This document shows positions 47,734 through 58,174 of a stretch of DNA of 64,000 nt, one piece after another. The notes under the pieces were generated by a model, which saw only the letters and a list, made by a program, of their open reading frames with translations, had not been told where the DNA came from and searched no databases. Both the position numbers and the translations under genes were made by a program. The stretch spans positions 41,339 through 105,338 of the forward strand of contig JAYTOU010000093.1 in the NCBI GenBank assembly GCA_043747615.1, read 5' to 3'. Origin of the DNA: Myxococcales bacterium. Lineage in GTDB: Bacteria; Myxococcota_A; Polyangia; Polyangiales; Polyangiaceae. Every line of letters starts with the position of its first letter. Within the stretch, counting starts at the first letter, position 1.

Positions 47734-49887
47734 ATGCCACGCCCGCGTCGCGTTTCGTCGCCCCGGATCGAACGCCGAAAAGCGCCGGAGCGATCAGCCT
47801 CTCCGCCGCCGATCACCCCCCGGCGCGTGGCGCTCCATCCGCACGGGCTCGATCTCACGCCGGCTGCAAAAAAGCCCTCGATCCTGCCGCTCTATGCCGG
47901 CGCCATGCATTACTGGCGGCACGATCCGGCGTGGTGGGAAGCTGGGCTCGATGGCCTGAAGTCGATGGGACTGCGGCTCCTCGACACCTATGTTCCGTGG
48001 TCGGAGCACGAGATCGAAGCGGGCATTTTCGATTTCGGTGAGAGAAATCCGCAGCTCGATGTCGCTCGCTTTCTGACCCTCGCACACGAACGCGATTTGA
48101 AAGTCGTCTTGCGACCCGGGCCGCACATCAACGCCGAGCTCACCAACTTTGGTCTTCCCGAGCGTGTGGTGTGGGACCGCGCGTGCCAGGCGCGAACCCC
48201 GCGCGACAACCCGGTGATGCTGCCGATGCTGCCGGTGGCGTTCCCCGTGCCGAGCTATGCGAGCGCGATTTTTCACGACGAGGTCGAGCGGTGGTTCGAT
48301 GCGGTGGGCACGAGACTCTCGCACCTTCGTCATCCGGAAGGCCCCATCGTCCTCGTTCAGGTAGACAACGAAGGCGCTCTTTATTTTCGCGATGGTCCCT
48401 ACGACCAGGACTATCACCCCGACGCGGTCGCGCTTTTTCGAGCGTTTTTGCGGACGAAGTACAAGTCAGCGCGCACCCTCCGAGATGCTTGGAACGATCC
48501 CGACGTGGCGTTCGCGACGCTGCTTCCGCCGGTGCGCTTCGACGCGCGGACGGCCGACGACGTTTCCCGGCACATGGACTGGATGGAGTTCCACGAGCAC
48601 CTGCTCGCCTCGGGGATCGAGCGGATGGCGCGCTCGCTTGCGGCGTCCGGGCTCGGCGAGCTTCCCACGATGCACAACTTTCCTCCGGGCGAAGCGGCCA
48701 CACCACTCAACGCCGCGCGCATGGCCAAGGGCATCGACCTGATCGGGCTCGACTACTACCACGCCGCGTCTGCTGACGATCACCTCACGATTTTTCGGCG
48801 TACGAGTGAGCTCGCAGCTCGCTGCGAAGGAAGGGGCGTTCCTCCGTACGCCGCTGAGATGGGCGCCGGGTTTCCGCCCTTCTTTGCGCCGCTCGACGAA
48901 GAGGATTCGCTTTACGCACTGATGACCGCGCTCGCTTACGGGCTCCGGGGCTTCAATCTCTACATGGCGGTCGAGCGCGATCGTTGGATCGGCGCGCCAA
49001 TCGACCTCCACGGTTTGCGTCGCCCTCTCGCCCGCAAATACGAGGCCCTGTCGGCTGCCCTCGAGCGGACGCAGTTTCATACCCTGAAGCGAAGCGTGCG
49101 CGTGCGGCTCGTCGTCCCGCGATCGCTACGTCGTCAAGCGAGAGCGACGCACGCCTTCGGGCCACTTACCCCTGCCCTGTTCAACGTGCTCGGTCAGGGC
49201 TATCGCGAGAGCTGCCTCGAAGAGAACTTCGAGAATGCGGCGGTGCCCGCGGCGACGATCGTCGGAGAGAGTTACCTCCGTGCGTTCGAGCGCGCCCTCT
49301 GGGCACGGGGCGTTCCGTTCTCGTATGCCGGCGGTGAGAGCTTCGACGCGAGCACCACGGGAGCGGAGTGGATCATCTGTGCTACGCCAGGCGGCGTGAA
49401 GGAGGATTTCGTGTCCAGCCTTCGCGCTGCGAGCGAGAGCGGTGCACGAGTAACGATCGGACCGAGCTTGCCCCAACGCGACGGATCCATGAGACGGATG
49501 TCGAAGCCCCACGACACGCGCGGCCTCGAGCTCGAGCCGCTCGAAGATCTGGCGCGGGCAGACGCCCTCGTGGCGAAACGTATCGAAGAGCTCGGTCTTC
49601 CCACCTATCCCGTCGATCCCCAGAGCACGTACGTATGCGTGCACGAGGACGACGAGGGAGCTCCGCGGGTGGTGATGGTGATGAACCCCACCGCTGAAGA
49701 AGTGGTCGTCAAGTTCGCGCTCGGAGGGGCGCTCTGCCTCGAAGATCTCTTGGCGCGTGATCCCACGACGATCGATCGGGCAGGAGGCGGCTTCGAGCTC
49801 AGCGTCCCCGCCCGCACGGTGCGGATGCTGTCCGTCACTCAGGTCGTGGAGCGCGCGAGGACGTACGAAGATACAGAAGCGCCCTGA
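47734..49887 (+). CDS. Beta-galactosidase-like glycoside hydrolase (GH35/GH42-like)
   Basis: GAMHYWR, TYVPW..HE...G.FDF, LRPGPHINAE, QVDNEG (acid/base), AAEMGAG (probable nucleophile). Confidence 0.85.
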   Translation: MPRPRRVSSPRIERRKAPERSASPPPITPRRVALHPHGLDLTPAAKKPSILPLYAGAMHYWRHDPAWWEAGLDGLKSMGLRLLDTYVPWSEHEIEAGIFDFGERNPQLDVARFLTLAHERDLKVVLRPGPHINAELTNFGLPERVVWDRACQARTPRDNPVMLPMLPVAFPVPSYASAIFHDEVERWFDAVGTRLSHLRHPEGPIVLVQVDNEGALYFRDGPYDQDYHPDAVALFRAFLRTKYKSARTLRDAWNDPDVAFATLLPPVRFDARTADDVSRHMDWMEFHEHLLASGIERMARSLAASGLGELPTMHNFPPGEAATPLNAARMAKGIDLIGLDYYHAASADDHLTIFRRTSELAARCEGRGVPPYAAEMGAGFPPFFAPLDEEDSLYALMTALAYGLRGFNLYMAVERDRWIGAPIDLHGLRRPLARKYEALSAALERTQFHTLKRSVRVRLVVPRSLRRQARATHAFGPLTPALFNVLGQGYRESCLEENFENAAVPAATIVGESYLRAFERALWARGVPFSYAGGESFDASTTGAEWIICATPGGVKEDFVSSLRAASESGARVTIGPSLPQRDGSMRRMSKPHDTRGLELEPLEDLARADALVAKRIEELGLPTYPVDPQSTYVCVHEDDEGAPRVVMVMNPTAEEVVVKFALGGALCLEDLLARDPTTIDRAGGGFELSVPARTVRMLSVTQVVERARTYEDTEAP

Positions 49888-49932
49888 AAATCGCGGGTTT
49901 GCGCCGCGCGGTCCTTCGCTTGATGTGGAACC

Positions 49933-50973
49933 CTACTTGGGGATCTTCACGATGCCCGTCGCGGTGGTCACATAGATGGCGTCGCCGGCGGCGATGTTGA
50001 GCGCCGAGCCCAGACCGGAAGCAACGACGCTCGCTACCCCGCCGCCGAGAGGGGCACGGATCACTTCTCCGTCGGCGCCTGTCGTCCAGAACAGATTCGC
50101 GCTGTCGAACGCGAGGCGCACCGCATGCGGCTGCTGTACGGCAAGCGCAACCGTCGTGCCGCCGCCGGTGGGGAGAGAAAAGATCTTCGCCGCACCCGCG
50201 TTCGGCGCGTCGAGCGTCCAGTAGACATGGCCGGCAGTGACTGCCACATCGCCCAGCGTCCCGCCGTTCGTCGACCACAGAGCTTCGGCAGGCCCACCGG
50301 TGAGGACCACGCGGTAGAGAACGCCGCCGGCGAGGGTCGCCCCGACGAAGTAGGCGTACCGGGAGTCGATCACCATGCCGGACGGGGTGAAATCGCCGAC
50401 GACCGTGGTCACCGAAAACGGCGGGCCAGCACCTAGCGGCACGCGATCGATGGACACTCCGCCGCTGGGGAATGTACTTGCAACATACACATATATTCCA
50501 TCACTGGCGATGGCCGTCGGGGCCTGCAGCGGGCCGGAAATCTGCGTGGCGACGCTGACCGACGCGTCGAGCTTGAAGACGGCACCGGCCTGCGCGGTGC
50601 TCCCGAGATCGATCCACACGAGGGCGCCGTTGACGAGGAGGAGCTCGGTCGGGAGCGCAGGACCACCGACGATCTGAGCGACCGCTCCGCCCGCCTTTGG
50701 CACACTCGAGATCGTGCCTGCCGTGCCGCCGTCGCCCGACCCCGCTCCGGAGGTGAAGAACACCTCGCTCGCCGACAGAGCAATGCCGCGCGGCGAGGGG
50801 ACGTTGTCGACCAACGCTTCCCCGGTGCTGCCGCCTTCGCCCCTAGACGCGTCCGTGCTCGATGACCCGCCCGCCGAGGGGTTCGGTGCTTGGTTGAGGG
50901 TCGGCGGCCGCGACGCATTGCTGCAAGACACAAGAGCGCCCGCGACCGCGAGTGCAAGAACGAGGACGCGCAT
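49933..50973 (-). CDS. Lipoprotein with beta-propeller repeats
   Basis: Lipobox LVSC; repeated 'P..IA.D...VY(W)' blades ending 'VPK.GG/LPTGGG/APLGGG'. Confidence 0.8.
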   Translation of the reverse strand: MRVLVLALAVAGALVSCSNASRPPTLNQAPNPSAGGSSSTDASRGEGGSTGEALVDNVPSPRGIALSASEVFFTSGAGSGDGGTAGTISSVPKAGGAVAQIVGGPALPTELLLVNGALVWIDLGSTAQAGAVFKLDASVSVATQISGPLQAPTAIASDGIYVYVASTFPSGGVSIDRVPLGAGPPFSVTTVVGDFTPSGMVIDSRYAYFVGATLAGGVLYRVVLTGGPAEALWSTNGGTLGDVAVTAGHVYWTLDAPNAGAAKIFSLPTGGGTTVALAVQQPHAVRLAFDSANLFWTTGADGEVIRAPLGGGVASVVASGLGSALNIAAGDAIYVTTATGIVKIPK

Positions 50974-50982
50974 GGCCGTAGT

Positions 50983-52662
50983 CTACTTCGTTGCGTTCGC
51001 TATCGCTTCTGCGGTGTGTGCGCGCTCTTCGGCTTGGGCCTTGTCGGTCGCGTTCGTGAGGCGGGCTGAGGCGGCGTGGAACCTCCGCGCTACATCCAAA
51101 AAGTAGGGCGCTCGGGCACCTTCCGGCGGCGCCGTACCTAGGAGAAGCGCCGCGTCGAAAGCCGCCATGCCCGCATATTTTCCGGGTGAATCGGCGATCG
51201 CATCCAGCGCTTCGACTTGGCGAATGTTGAGCGCGTAGGGGCTCGGTGCGTGCATCATTTCCACGGCATCTTTTGGCCCGGCGCGGAGGGCCATTGCCAC
51301 GGCCAAGACAAGCGTTGCCTCTTCGCTTCGATGGCGCGCAGCGTCCCCAGCGACGGATATCGCGGCCGCACGCTCGAAATCTATGGCTCGCCAATACGTT
51401 TTTCCGAGCTCGAGGCGAGCGCGCGCGTAGAGCTCGCGTCCGCCTGCCGGAAGCGCATCGAAGAGCCCTGCCGGGTCGACGAGCGCCGCGCGCATCGGTG
51501 CAGGCACTCCGCGATCGAGGAGCGCACGAAGGACTTTCTCGTCCGACACGACTTTCGGCTCGAGCAAGATCGCGGCGTAGAACGTGGGCAACGTTGCCGC
51601 CAGCTGCTCGGTCTGCGAGACGGGCTTGGCATCGGCGAGAGGCGGAAGAAGGAGCGCGTCGAGGGCGTCGATGCGCCTGCCTGCGTAGAGCTTGCCGAGC
51701 AGCACGCGGGCCCGTTCTACCCGCGCATCGTACAGCGCGCCGATCGATGCGAACTCCCGGAGGCCGATGAGCGCCGCGTCGCGCCCGCGATCTTTTCTGG
51801 GATCGAGCACCTGGTCGAGCGAAGCGAAGTAGGCGGCCTTGAGCTCCTCGTCCTTCGCGAACTCCGTGGGAAGGGGCAGCTCTCGAACGCGTTCGACGAA
51901 CCGCATATCTGCAAGCCCAGCCTCCACCGCGACGATGGCTTTTCCGTACGACGCGAGCTTCGAGCCCGCGCGCGAGATCTCATCGATGGCCTTCGCTTGG
52001 CCGGAAATCCAGATACGGAGAGGCCCGCGGATGTACTCGATCACCCGGGCTTTGTCGTAGGGCGGCAAGAGAGACGGAGCTTTGGTGACCGTCCTCGCCA
52101 GGCGCGCGGCGAGCGATTGACCCACGAGCGCGTGCTGGACGTTGCCCGCGATCGCCGTTCCTTTTGTGGAGAGCAAGGGCTCAACGACGACGTCAGCACA
52201 CTCCACCGGGGCGAGATCCCCACGCAGCGCACGAACGAGACCTGCAGGCATACCGGGAGCCGTCTCGAGCGCGACGAGGAGTGCGTCGCGTTTTCCAACG
52301 TCCGTCTCGCGGAGCGCGAGGACCAGAGCAGCGAGGGACGCGTCTGCTTCCTTCGGCGCAGCACCGGACGATTTGCGCGCAGCAAAGGCTGCGCAGGTCG
52401 CGGGCGGAGGCGTTACGCCATCCGCGGCCCTCGCTGCGACCAAGGAAGCGAGGTCGACCGCGGGAGGGTCGCCGCTCGGAAAAACCTCGTCGTTCGCGGA
52501 GACGACGCCGATATCGAAGGGAGAACGTGGCACCGTCGGTGTCGGGGCTTCGGGACGAGCCACCGCCTGCGAGGCAATGTGCGCTGGCTGTAAAGGTGCG
52601 CCGCCGCACGCGAGAACAACGAGGGGAAGCGCCAGGGAGAGCGCACGAACGAGACGCTGCAT
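50983..52662 (-). CDS. Hypothetical alpha-helical lipoprotein
   Basis: MQRLVRALSLALPLVVLAC lipobox; Ala/Leu-rich helical sequence. Confidence 0.75.
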   Translation of the reverse strand: MQRLVRALSLALPLVVLACGGAPLQPAHIASQAVARPEAPTPTVPRSPFDIGVVSANDEVFPSGDPPAVDLASLVAARAADGVTPPPATCAAFAARKSSGAAPKEADASLAALVLALRETDVGKRDALLVALETAPGMPAGLVRALRGDLAPVECADVVVEPLLSTKGTAIAGNVQHALVGQSLAARLARTVTKAPSLLPPYDKARVIEYIRGPLRIWISGQAKAIDEISRAGSKLASYGKAIVAVEAGLADMRFVERVRELPLPTEFAKDEELKAAYFASLDQVLDPRKDRGRDAALIGLREFASIGALYDARVERARVLLGKLYAGRRIDALDALLLPPLADAKPVSQTEQLAATLPTFYAAILLEPKVVSDEKVLRALLDRGVPAPMRAALVDPAGLFDALPAGGRELYARARLELGKTYWRAIDFERAAAISVAGDAARHRSEEATLVLAVAMALRAGPKDAVEMMHAPSPYALNIRQVEALDAIADSPGKYAGMAAFDAALLLGTAPPEGARAPYFLDVARRFHAASARLTNATDKAQAEERAHTAEAIANATK

Positions 52663-52682
52663 GACCCGCGATCTACCACGAT

Positions 52683-54617
52683 TCAGCGGGGAACCTCGAT
52701 GATCCGGAGTGTGCGACGCAGGGTGTTCGTGGCGTCGACCCCTTCGGCTTCCGACGTCCACAGCTGCTGCTTTGCAGCCGCGAACCCCTTGCGCACGAGC
52801 TCGCGTCGCCTCGTAACTTCCGTCGGCGCGGCGGCTTCGTCGAGTGGCAGATTGAGCACAGCGGCGCGCGCCAAGATCCCCGCGTCGCGGCCAAGCGCGG
52901 TGCGCCAGGTGGGTGTTGATCCGAAGCTTCCCATGAACGAGCTGACCCCGGGATCGATCTTGTCGGCTCCCGCGTCGCCGCTTCTCGAGACGAGTACCGG
53001 GATGACGCCCGCAGACGCGCTGAGCACGCGGGCGGGAAGACCACGCTCGACGCCGCCTGCGGCTTCGAGGGTGAGAGCGATCAAGCCACCACGCAACTGA
53101 CCAATTTCATGAAGCGCTTCGCGCGAGCAGCTCTCGGATCCCGAGATCAGCCAGGTGCGAAAGCCTGCTTTTTCCCATACCGCGAGAGGAAAACGCGACT
53201 CACCAGGGCGCATGGCGTCGAGGTCGCAGCTGACGGGCTCGAAGAGCGTGAGACCCTTGCGGCCTCCGAACGCGGTGGCGACGTCGCGGATGGTTTCGCG
53301 ATCGGAGATGATGGCCACTTTGCTTTCCCGACGAGCGACGAGCGCCTCGGCCAGCGCGTTGAGGACGTTGGCGTTGGGCTCGCCGAGCACGAAGGCGAAG
53401 TGCGCTGGGCGAGGAGCGAGAGGCTCCGAAAGAATGACCACGGGGACAGCACTCCGCTCCGACCAGCGCATCGCCGCATCGACGCTCGTGGGATCGAAGC
53501 CCGCGATGATGATCGCCGCGCCATCTCCAGCGAGATCCTCCAGGATGGGCTCGACGGCATCGTCGCTCCCTCCGCGATCGCGGGTGATGAGGCGGGTGCC
53601 GTCGCCCGCCGCTGGGTTGCTTCGAGGGAGGTTGAGCGCCCAGGCCACGCCGCGCGTTACGTCGGCAGCAGCGTCGCGCATCGCCGGCGATCCGATCGGC
53701 AAAACAAGGCCGATCGTGCGCCCGGAGACCGCGGTCACGCCGTGATGACGCGTGGCGAGCTCGCTCACCATGAGCCCCGCGTCGAGCCCGAGGAACGGCG
53801 CTCCCGCGGCGGGATCCACCAGCCACTGCGCGAGGCGGGTGTCCCCTTTTTCGATGGCGACGGCTGCGAGGCGCGTAGCGATGAGGCGCTGGATCTCCAC
53901 GCCGCGGTGACCGTTGCGGCGCATCGATCGCAGCGTCCCTTCCAACACCTCGGGTTTCATTTTCGAGAGCGCCAGCGGGACCTTCAGGCGAGCCCGGTCT
54001 TTTTCGTCTTCGTCCGCGTAGCGGAGCCACGTGTCCATGTACGCGATGGCTTCGTAGTCGTGGTGGGCTTCAAAGGCGTCGAGCGCGATCTCTTCCTGAA
54101 AGCGCTCACGAGCGTCGAGGTCGACGATTTTTCCTGCGAGGGGCTCGAGGAGCTGGAACGCCTCCTCCGCTCGACTTTTCTGACGAAGCGCGCGAGCCTG
54201 AGCGACCATGGCAAAGTCGCGCGTTGCGCCGTAAGGAAGCGTGGCCAGCATCGCGAGCTGCTCGTCTGCCGCGGCGAAGTTTCCTCCGTCCATGAGAAGA
54301 AAGCAGAGATACACGCGCGCGAGAGGCGCTAAGCCGTCATCGGGAAACTTGCGAACGAAGCGCTCGATGCGCAGACGCAGCTCCGACCGCGCTTTGTCGA
54401 TGTTGCCCCACTCCTGAAGAATGAGATGAAATTCGATCGCCGCCTCGGGGGTGCTGGCGAGCGTGGCGGATGGCTTCGGTCCGCGCGTTCCCCCGCCGCA
54501 CGCCGCGCCCATCACGAGAGCGAAACCGGCGAGGGAGGCGCCAACGAACGCGCCAAAAATCGCGCGTTTTCCCGCGAAATAACGCAGCTTTCTGGTGGGG
54601 CGATCGCTTGACGGCAC
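52683..54617 (-). CDS. TPR + periplasmic-binding-protein-fold lipoprotein (LpoA/LppC-like)
   Basis: Lipobox GAAC, TPR-like 'FVRKFPDDGLAP.ARV', then 'TIGLVLP.GS' type-I PBP fold. Confidence 0.65.
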   Translation of the reverse strand: MPSSDRPTRKLRYFAGKRAIFGAFVGASLAGFALVMGAACGGGTRGPKPSATLASTPEAAIEFHLILQEWGNIDKARSELRLRIERFVRKFPDDGLAPLARVYLCFLLMDGGNFAAADEQLAMLATLPYGATRDFAMVAQARALRQKSRAEEAFQLLEPLAGKIVDLDARERFQEEIALDAFEAHHDYEAIAYMDTWLRYADEDEKDRARLKVPLALSKMKPEVLEGTLRSMRRNGHRGVEIQRLIATRLAAVAIEKGDTRLAQWLVDPAAGAPFLGLDAGLMVSELATRHHGVTAVSGRTIGLVLPIGSPAMRDAAADVTRGVAWALNLPRSNPAAGDGTRLITRDRGGSDDAVEPILEDLAGDGAAIIIAGFDPTSVDAAMRWSERSAVPVVILSEPLAPRPAHFAFVLGEPNANVLNALAEALVARRESKVAIISDRETIRDVATAFGGRKGLTLFEPVSCDLDAMRPGESRFPLAVWEKAGFRTWLISGSESCSREALHEIGQLRGGLIALTLEAAGGVERGLPARVLSASAGVIPVLVSRSGDAGADKIDPGVSSFMGSFGSTPTWRTALGRDAGILARAAVLNLPLDEAAAPTEVTRRRELVRKGFAAAKQQLWTSEAEGVDATNTLRRTLRIIEVPR

Positions 54618-54645
54618 CTGAGGCTTCTCCTACTCCATTAGCAGA

Positions 54646-55389
54646 GTGGCGGATAACCCATCACACAGCGAGCCCCGAGATGAAGAGGCCCAGCGCGCCT
54701 TCCTTCTTCGGAAGTTGCACTCGCTCTCGGGCGTCGTCCCCGTCGGCGTGTTTCTCGTCGAACATTTCTGGACGAACACCCGCGCGATGCAAGGCCGCAC
54801 CTCGTACGAGCGGGTGGATCTCGGCGCGATGTCGTTCCTGTGGGTGGTCGAGTTCTTCGGCATCCTTCTGCCGCTCGCGTTCCACGCGCTCTTCGGCCTC
54901 TACCTCGCCATCGCCGGGAAGGTGCATGCCCCCACCTACCCCTTCAAGCGCGCGTGGATCCCTGCGCTCTCGCGGGTGAGCGCCTTCGTCGCTTTCGCAT
55001 TCATCGCCTACCACGTGTGGGAATTCCGGCTGGCGAAGAGCTTCTACGCGATGCGGAGCGAAGCGTTCTACGCGACGCTCGTGGCTCAGCTCTCGTCGAC
55101 CACCATGGGTATCCCTATCATTGCTCTCATCTATCTCGTCGGTGTGGCCGCGGTGGTCTTCCACTTCGCGACCGGCGTGTGGGGATTCGCATTCTCGTGG
55201 GGTTTCACCCCGTCGGAGCAAGCTCGGCGACGAAGCGGCTACGCGGCGAGCGCGCTTGGGCTCGTCCTTTTTCTTTTGGGGGCACAAAGCGTCTTGTATT
55301 TTGCGACCGGCTCGCGCTTTTACTTCCCTAAGTCGAACGTGTCTACCAAAGGCGGTGCGGTGACCCCATGTCCATCTCCAAAGCAGTGA
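54646..55389 (+). CDS. sdhC: Succinate dehydrogenase cytochrome b558 subunit
   Basis: LRKLHSLSGVVPVGVFL.EH, FHALFG, YHVWEFR, FHFATG; five TM helices with heme-ligand His residues. Confidence 0.9.
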   Translation: MADNPSHSEPRDEEAQRAFLLRKLHSLSGVVPVGVFLVEHFWTNTRAMQGRTSYERVDLGAMSFLWVVEFFGILLPLAFHALFGLYLAIAGKVHAPTYPFKRAWIPALSRVSAFVAFAFIAYHVWEFRLAKSFYAMRSEAFYATLVAQLSSTTMGIPIIALIYLVGVAAVVFHFATGVWGFAFSWGFTPSEQARRRSGYAASALGLVLFLLGAQSVLYFATGSRFYFPKSNVSTKGGAVTPCPSPKQ

Positions 55390-57389
55390 AAACGAAAACG
55401 CCGGGGGATAAAAAAGCGGTGGTGAGACGCGTGATCGTCGTGGGCGGCGGGCTCGCCGGTCTGACGACGGTGATCAAACTGTGCGAAGCAGGCGTGCCCG
55501 TCGATCTCTTCTCTCTCGTACCCGTGAAGCGCTCGCACTCCGTGTGTGCCCAGGGTGGAATCAACGCCAGCGTGAACACCAAAGGCGAAGGGGACTCGCC
55601 GCAGGTGCACCTCGAAGAGACGGTGTACGGCGGAGACTTTTTGGCGAACCAGCCTCCTGTGAAAGGAATGACCGACGCCGCGGCGGGGATCGTCTTCATG
55701 CTCGATCGCATGGGTGTCCCGTTCAACCGCACCTCGGAAGGGCTCCTCGATTTTCGCCGCTTCGGGGGCACGCTTTTCCATCGCACGGCATTCGCAGGCG
55801 CCACCACCGGACAGCAGCTTCTCTACGCGCTCGACGAGCAGGTGCGGCGCTTCGAGACGATCGACGTCGAAGACGACAAAGGGCTCGTGCTGCGCGGCGA
55901 AAAGATGGTCCGCAAATTCGAGTGGTGGGATTTTCTTTCCCTCGTGCAAGACGAAGCTGGCGTCACCCGCGGCATCGTCGCCCAAGACACCAAGAGCATG
56001 GAAATCCAGGCCTTCCCTGGAGAAGCGGTGTGCCTCGCCACCGGCGGTCCGGGCATCGTCTTCGGTCGCTCGACCAACAGCGTCATCAACACCGGGACCG
56101 CAGCGAGCGCCGTTTACCAACAAGGCGCGTGTTACGCGAACGGCGAGTTCATCCAGGTTCACCCAACGGCGATCCCCGGCGCAGACAAGCTCCGTCTCAT
56201 CTCGGAGAGTGCGCGTGGCGAGGGCGGGCGGATTTGGGTCCCGAAGGATCCGAGCGAGACGCGCCCCGGCCGCGAAGTGCCCGAAAAAGATCGTGATTAC
56301 TTTCTCGAGGAAAAATATCCCGGCTACGGAAACTTGGTGCCGCGCGACATCGCCAGCCGCGAGCTCTTCCTCAAGTGCTTCCACGAGAAGCGTGGGGTCT
56401 ACAACCCGAAGACGAAGAAGAACGAGAACGAGGTTTACCTCGACCTCACCCATCTCCCCGAAGAGATCCTGCGTAAGAAGCTGGCCGGTATCCTCGAGAT
56501 CTACGAAAAATTCGTCGGCGATGATCCTTACAAGAATCCGATGCGCGTCTTCCCGGCCGTCCATTATTCGATGGGCGGCTTGTGGGTCGATTTCGAGCGC
56601 GCTCCGAACGGCAGCCTGGTCGTCGGCTCACCGCGAAATCAGGCAACCAACCTGGAAGGGCTCTACGCAGCAGGCGAGGTTGACTACCAGTACCACGGTG
56701 CCAACCGCCTCGGCGCGAACTCACTTTTGAGCTGTATTTATGCAGGTATGGTCGCCGGTCCGGCGATGGCGAGCTACCGCAAAAACCTTACGATGAGCGC
56801 GTTCGATCTTCCGAGCTCCGTCTTCGAGGCCGCCGCGAAACGCGAGAAGGATCGCTATGAAAAGATCCTAACGATGGACGGAGATGAAAACCCGTACGTG
56901 ATTCACCAAGAGCTCGGCGAGCGCATGCTGATGGACGTCACCATCGAGCGGCACAACGACAAGCTCGACCAGGTGCTGGCAGACATCGATGCTCTCGAGG
57001 CACGCGCGCGTAAGTGCGGCGTCACCGACACCGGTTCCCACGCCAACCAGGGGGCTCCGTTCGTCCGCCACCTCTTGAACATGATCGTCATCGCGCGGGT
57101 GATCGCCCAGGGCGCGCGAAATCGAGACGAGTCGCGCGGGGCTCATTTCAAGCCCGAGTTCAAGGAGCGGAACGACGCCGAGTTCTTGCGAACGACGCTC
57201 GCCCTCCATGCAGAAGGCGACGGCCCGGCGGCAAGCCATAGGGTAAAGTTCGTCCGCGAGCTGAACTACGCCGTCAACGGAAAGGCCATCAAGGCCACCG
57301 ATAACGTGGACACAGGTCTCGTGAAACCGCGGGTACGAAAGTACGAAACGGCCAACGCGGCGAGCGACGGATCGCGAGCAGAAAAATGA
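55386..57389 (+). CDS. sdhA: Succinate dehydrogenase flavoprotein subunit
   Basis: GGGLAG, RSHSVCAQGGIN (FAD His), QVHPT, SESARGEGG, HYSMGG, HGANRLGANSL, ESRGAH. GTG 55386 overlaps the sdhC stop (alternative ATG 55368). Confidence 0.96.
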   Translation: MKTKTPGDKKAVVRRVIVVGGGLAGLTTVIKLCEAGVPVDLFSLVPVKRSHSVCAQGGINASVNTKGEGDSPQVHLEETVYGGDFLANQPPVKGMTDAAAGIVFMLDRMGVPFNRTSEGLLDFRRFGGTLFHRTAFAGATTGQQLLYALDEQVRRFETIDVEDDKGLVLRGEKMVRKFEWWDFLSLVQDEAGVTRGIVAQDTKSMEIQAFPGEAVCLATGGPGIVFGRSTNSVINTGTAASAVYQQGACYANGEFIQVHPTAIPGADKLRLISESARGEGGRIWVPKDPSETRPGREVPEKDRDYFLEEKYPGYGNLVPRDIASRELFLKCFHEKRGVYNPKTKKNENEVYLDLTHLPEEILRKKLAGILEIYEKFVGDDPYKNPMRVFPAVHYSMGGLWVDFERAPNGSLVVGSPRNQATNLEGLYAAGEVDYQYHGANRLGANSLLSCIYAGMVAGPAMASYRKNLTMSAFDLPSSVFEAAAKREKDRYEKILTMDGDENPYVIHQELGERMLMDVTIERHNDKLDQVLADIDALEARARKCGVTDTGSHANQGAPFVRHLLNMIVIARVIAQGARNRDESRGAHFKPEFKERNDAEFLRTTLALHAEGDGPAASHRVKFVRELNYAVNGKAIKATDNVDTGLVKPRVRKYETANAASDGSRAEK

Positions 57390-58150
57390 GCGCGAAGACA
57401 GTCAGGTTGAAGATCCGTCGTCAGGACGGCCCGGGTGACGGAGAGACGAAGCGCTGGGAAGAGTACGAAATCGCCTGGCAGCCGCGTATGAACGTAATCA
57501 GCGCGCTCATGGAGACGCGGAAGAGGCCTGTCACCATCGAAGGAAAAAAAGTAGCGCCGCCCGTCTGGGAGGCGAGCTGTCTCGAAGAGGTGTGTGGGTC
57601 GTGCACCATGCTCGTGAACGGCAAGGTGCGGCAGGCGTGCACGGCGCTCATCGACCAGATTGCTCCGGAGGGGGAGGTGATCACCCTCGAGCCGATGACG
57701 AAGTTTCCGCTCGTCCGCGACCTCATGGTCGACCGCTCGCGCATGTTCGAAGATCTAAAGCGAGTGCACGCGTGGATTCAGCTCGATGGCACCCACGAGC
57801 TTGGGCCCGGTCCGCGGCAGTCTCAAGGCAAGCAGGAAGAGGCCTATCCCCTGTCGCGGTGCATGACGTGCGGGTGCTGTCTCGAGGCTTGTCCGCAGGT
57901 CAACGACTCCTCGAACTTCATTGGCCCCGCGGCGATCAACCAGGTACGTCTCTTCAACATCCATCCAAGCGGACAGATGCACGCCGCCGAGCGCTTGGAG
58001 ACTATGATGGGCGCAGACGGCGTCGCCGGGTGCGGCAAGGCGCAGAATTGCGTGGAGGTGTGCCCGAAGGAGATTCCCCTCGTGGACTCCATCGCCACGA
58101 TCGCGCGCGACGTCACGAAACAGATGCTCTTCGGGTGGCTGCTGAAATAG
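57386..58150 (+). CDS. sdhB: Succinate dehydrogenase iron-sulfur subunit
   Basis: CLEEVCGSC, CMTCGCCLEACP, CGKAQNCVEVCP. Confidence 0.96.
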   Translation: MSAKTVRLKIRRQDGPGDGETKRWEEYEIAWQPRMNVISALMETRKRPVTIEGKKVAPPVWEASCLEEVCGSCTMLVNGKVRQACTALIDQIAPEGEVITLEPMTKFPLVRDLMVDRSRMFEDLKRVHAWIQLDGTHELGPGPRQSQGKQEEAYPLSRCMTCGCCLEACPQVNDSSNFIGPAAINQVRLFNIHPSGQMHAAERLETMMGADGVAGCGKAQNCVEVCPKEIPLVDSIATIARDVTKQMLFGWLLK

Positions 58151-58174
58151 CCGAAACCAGGTATCGTCCAACGA

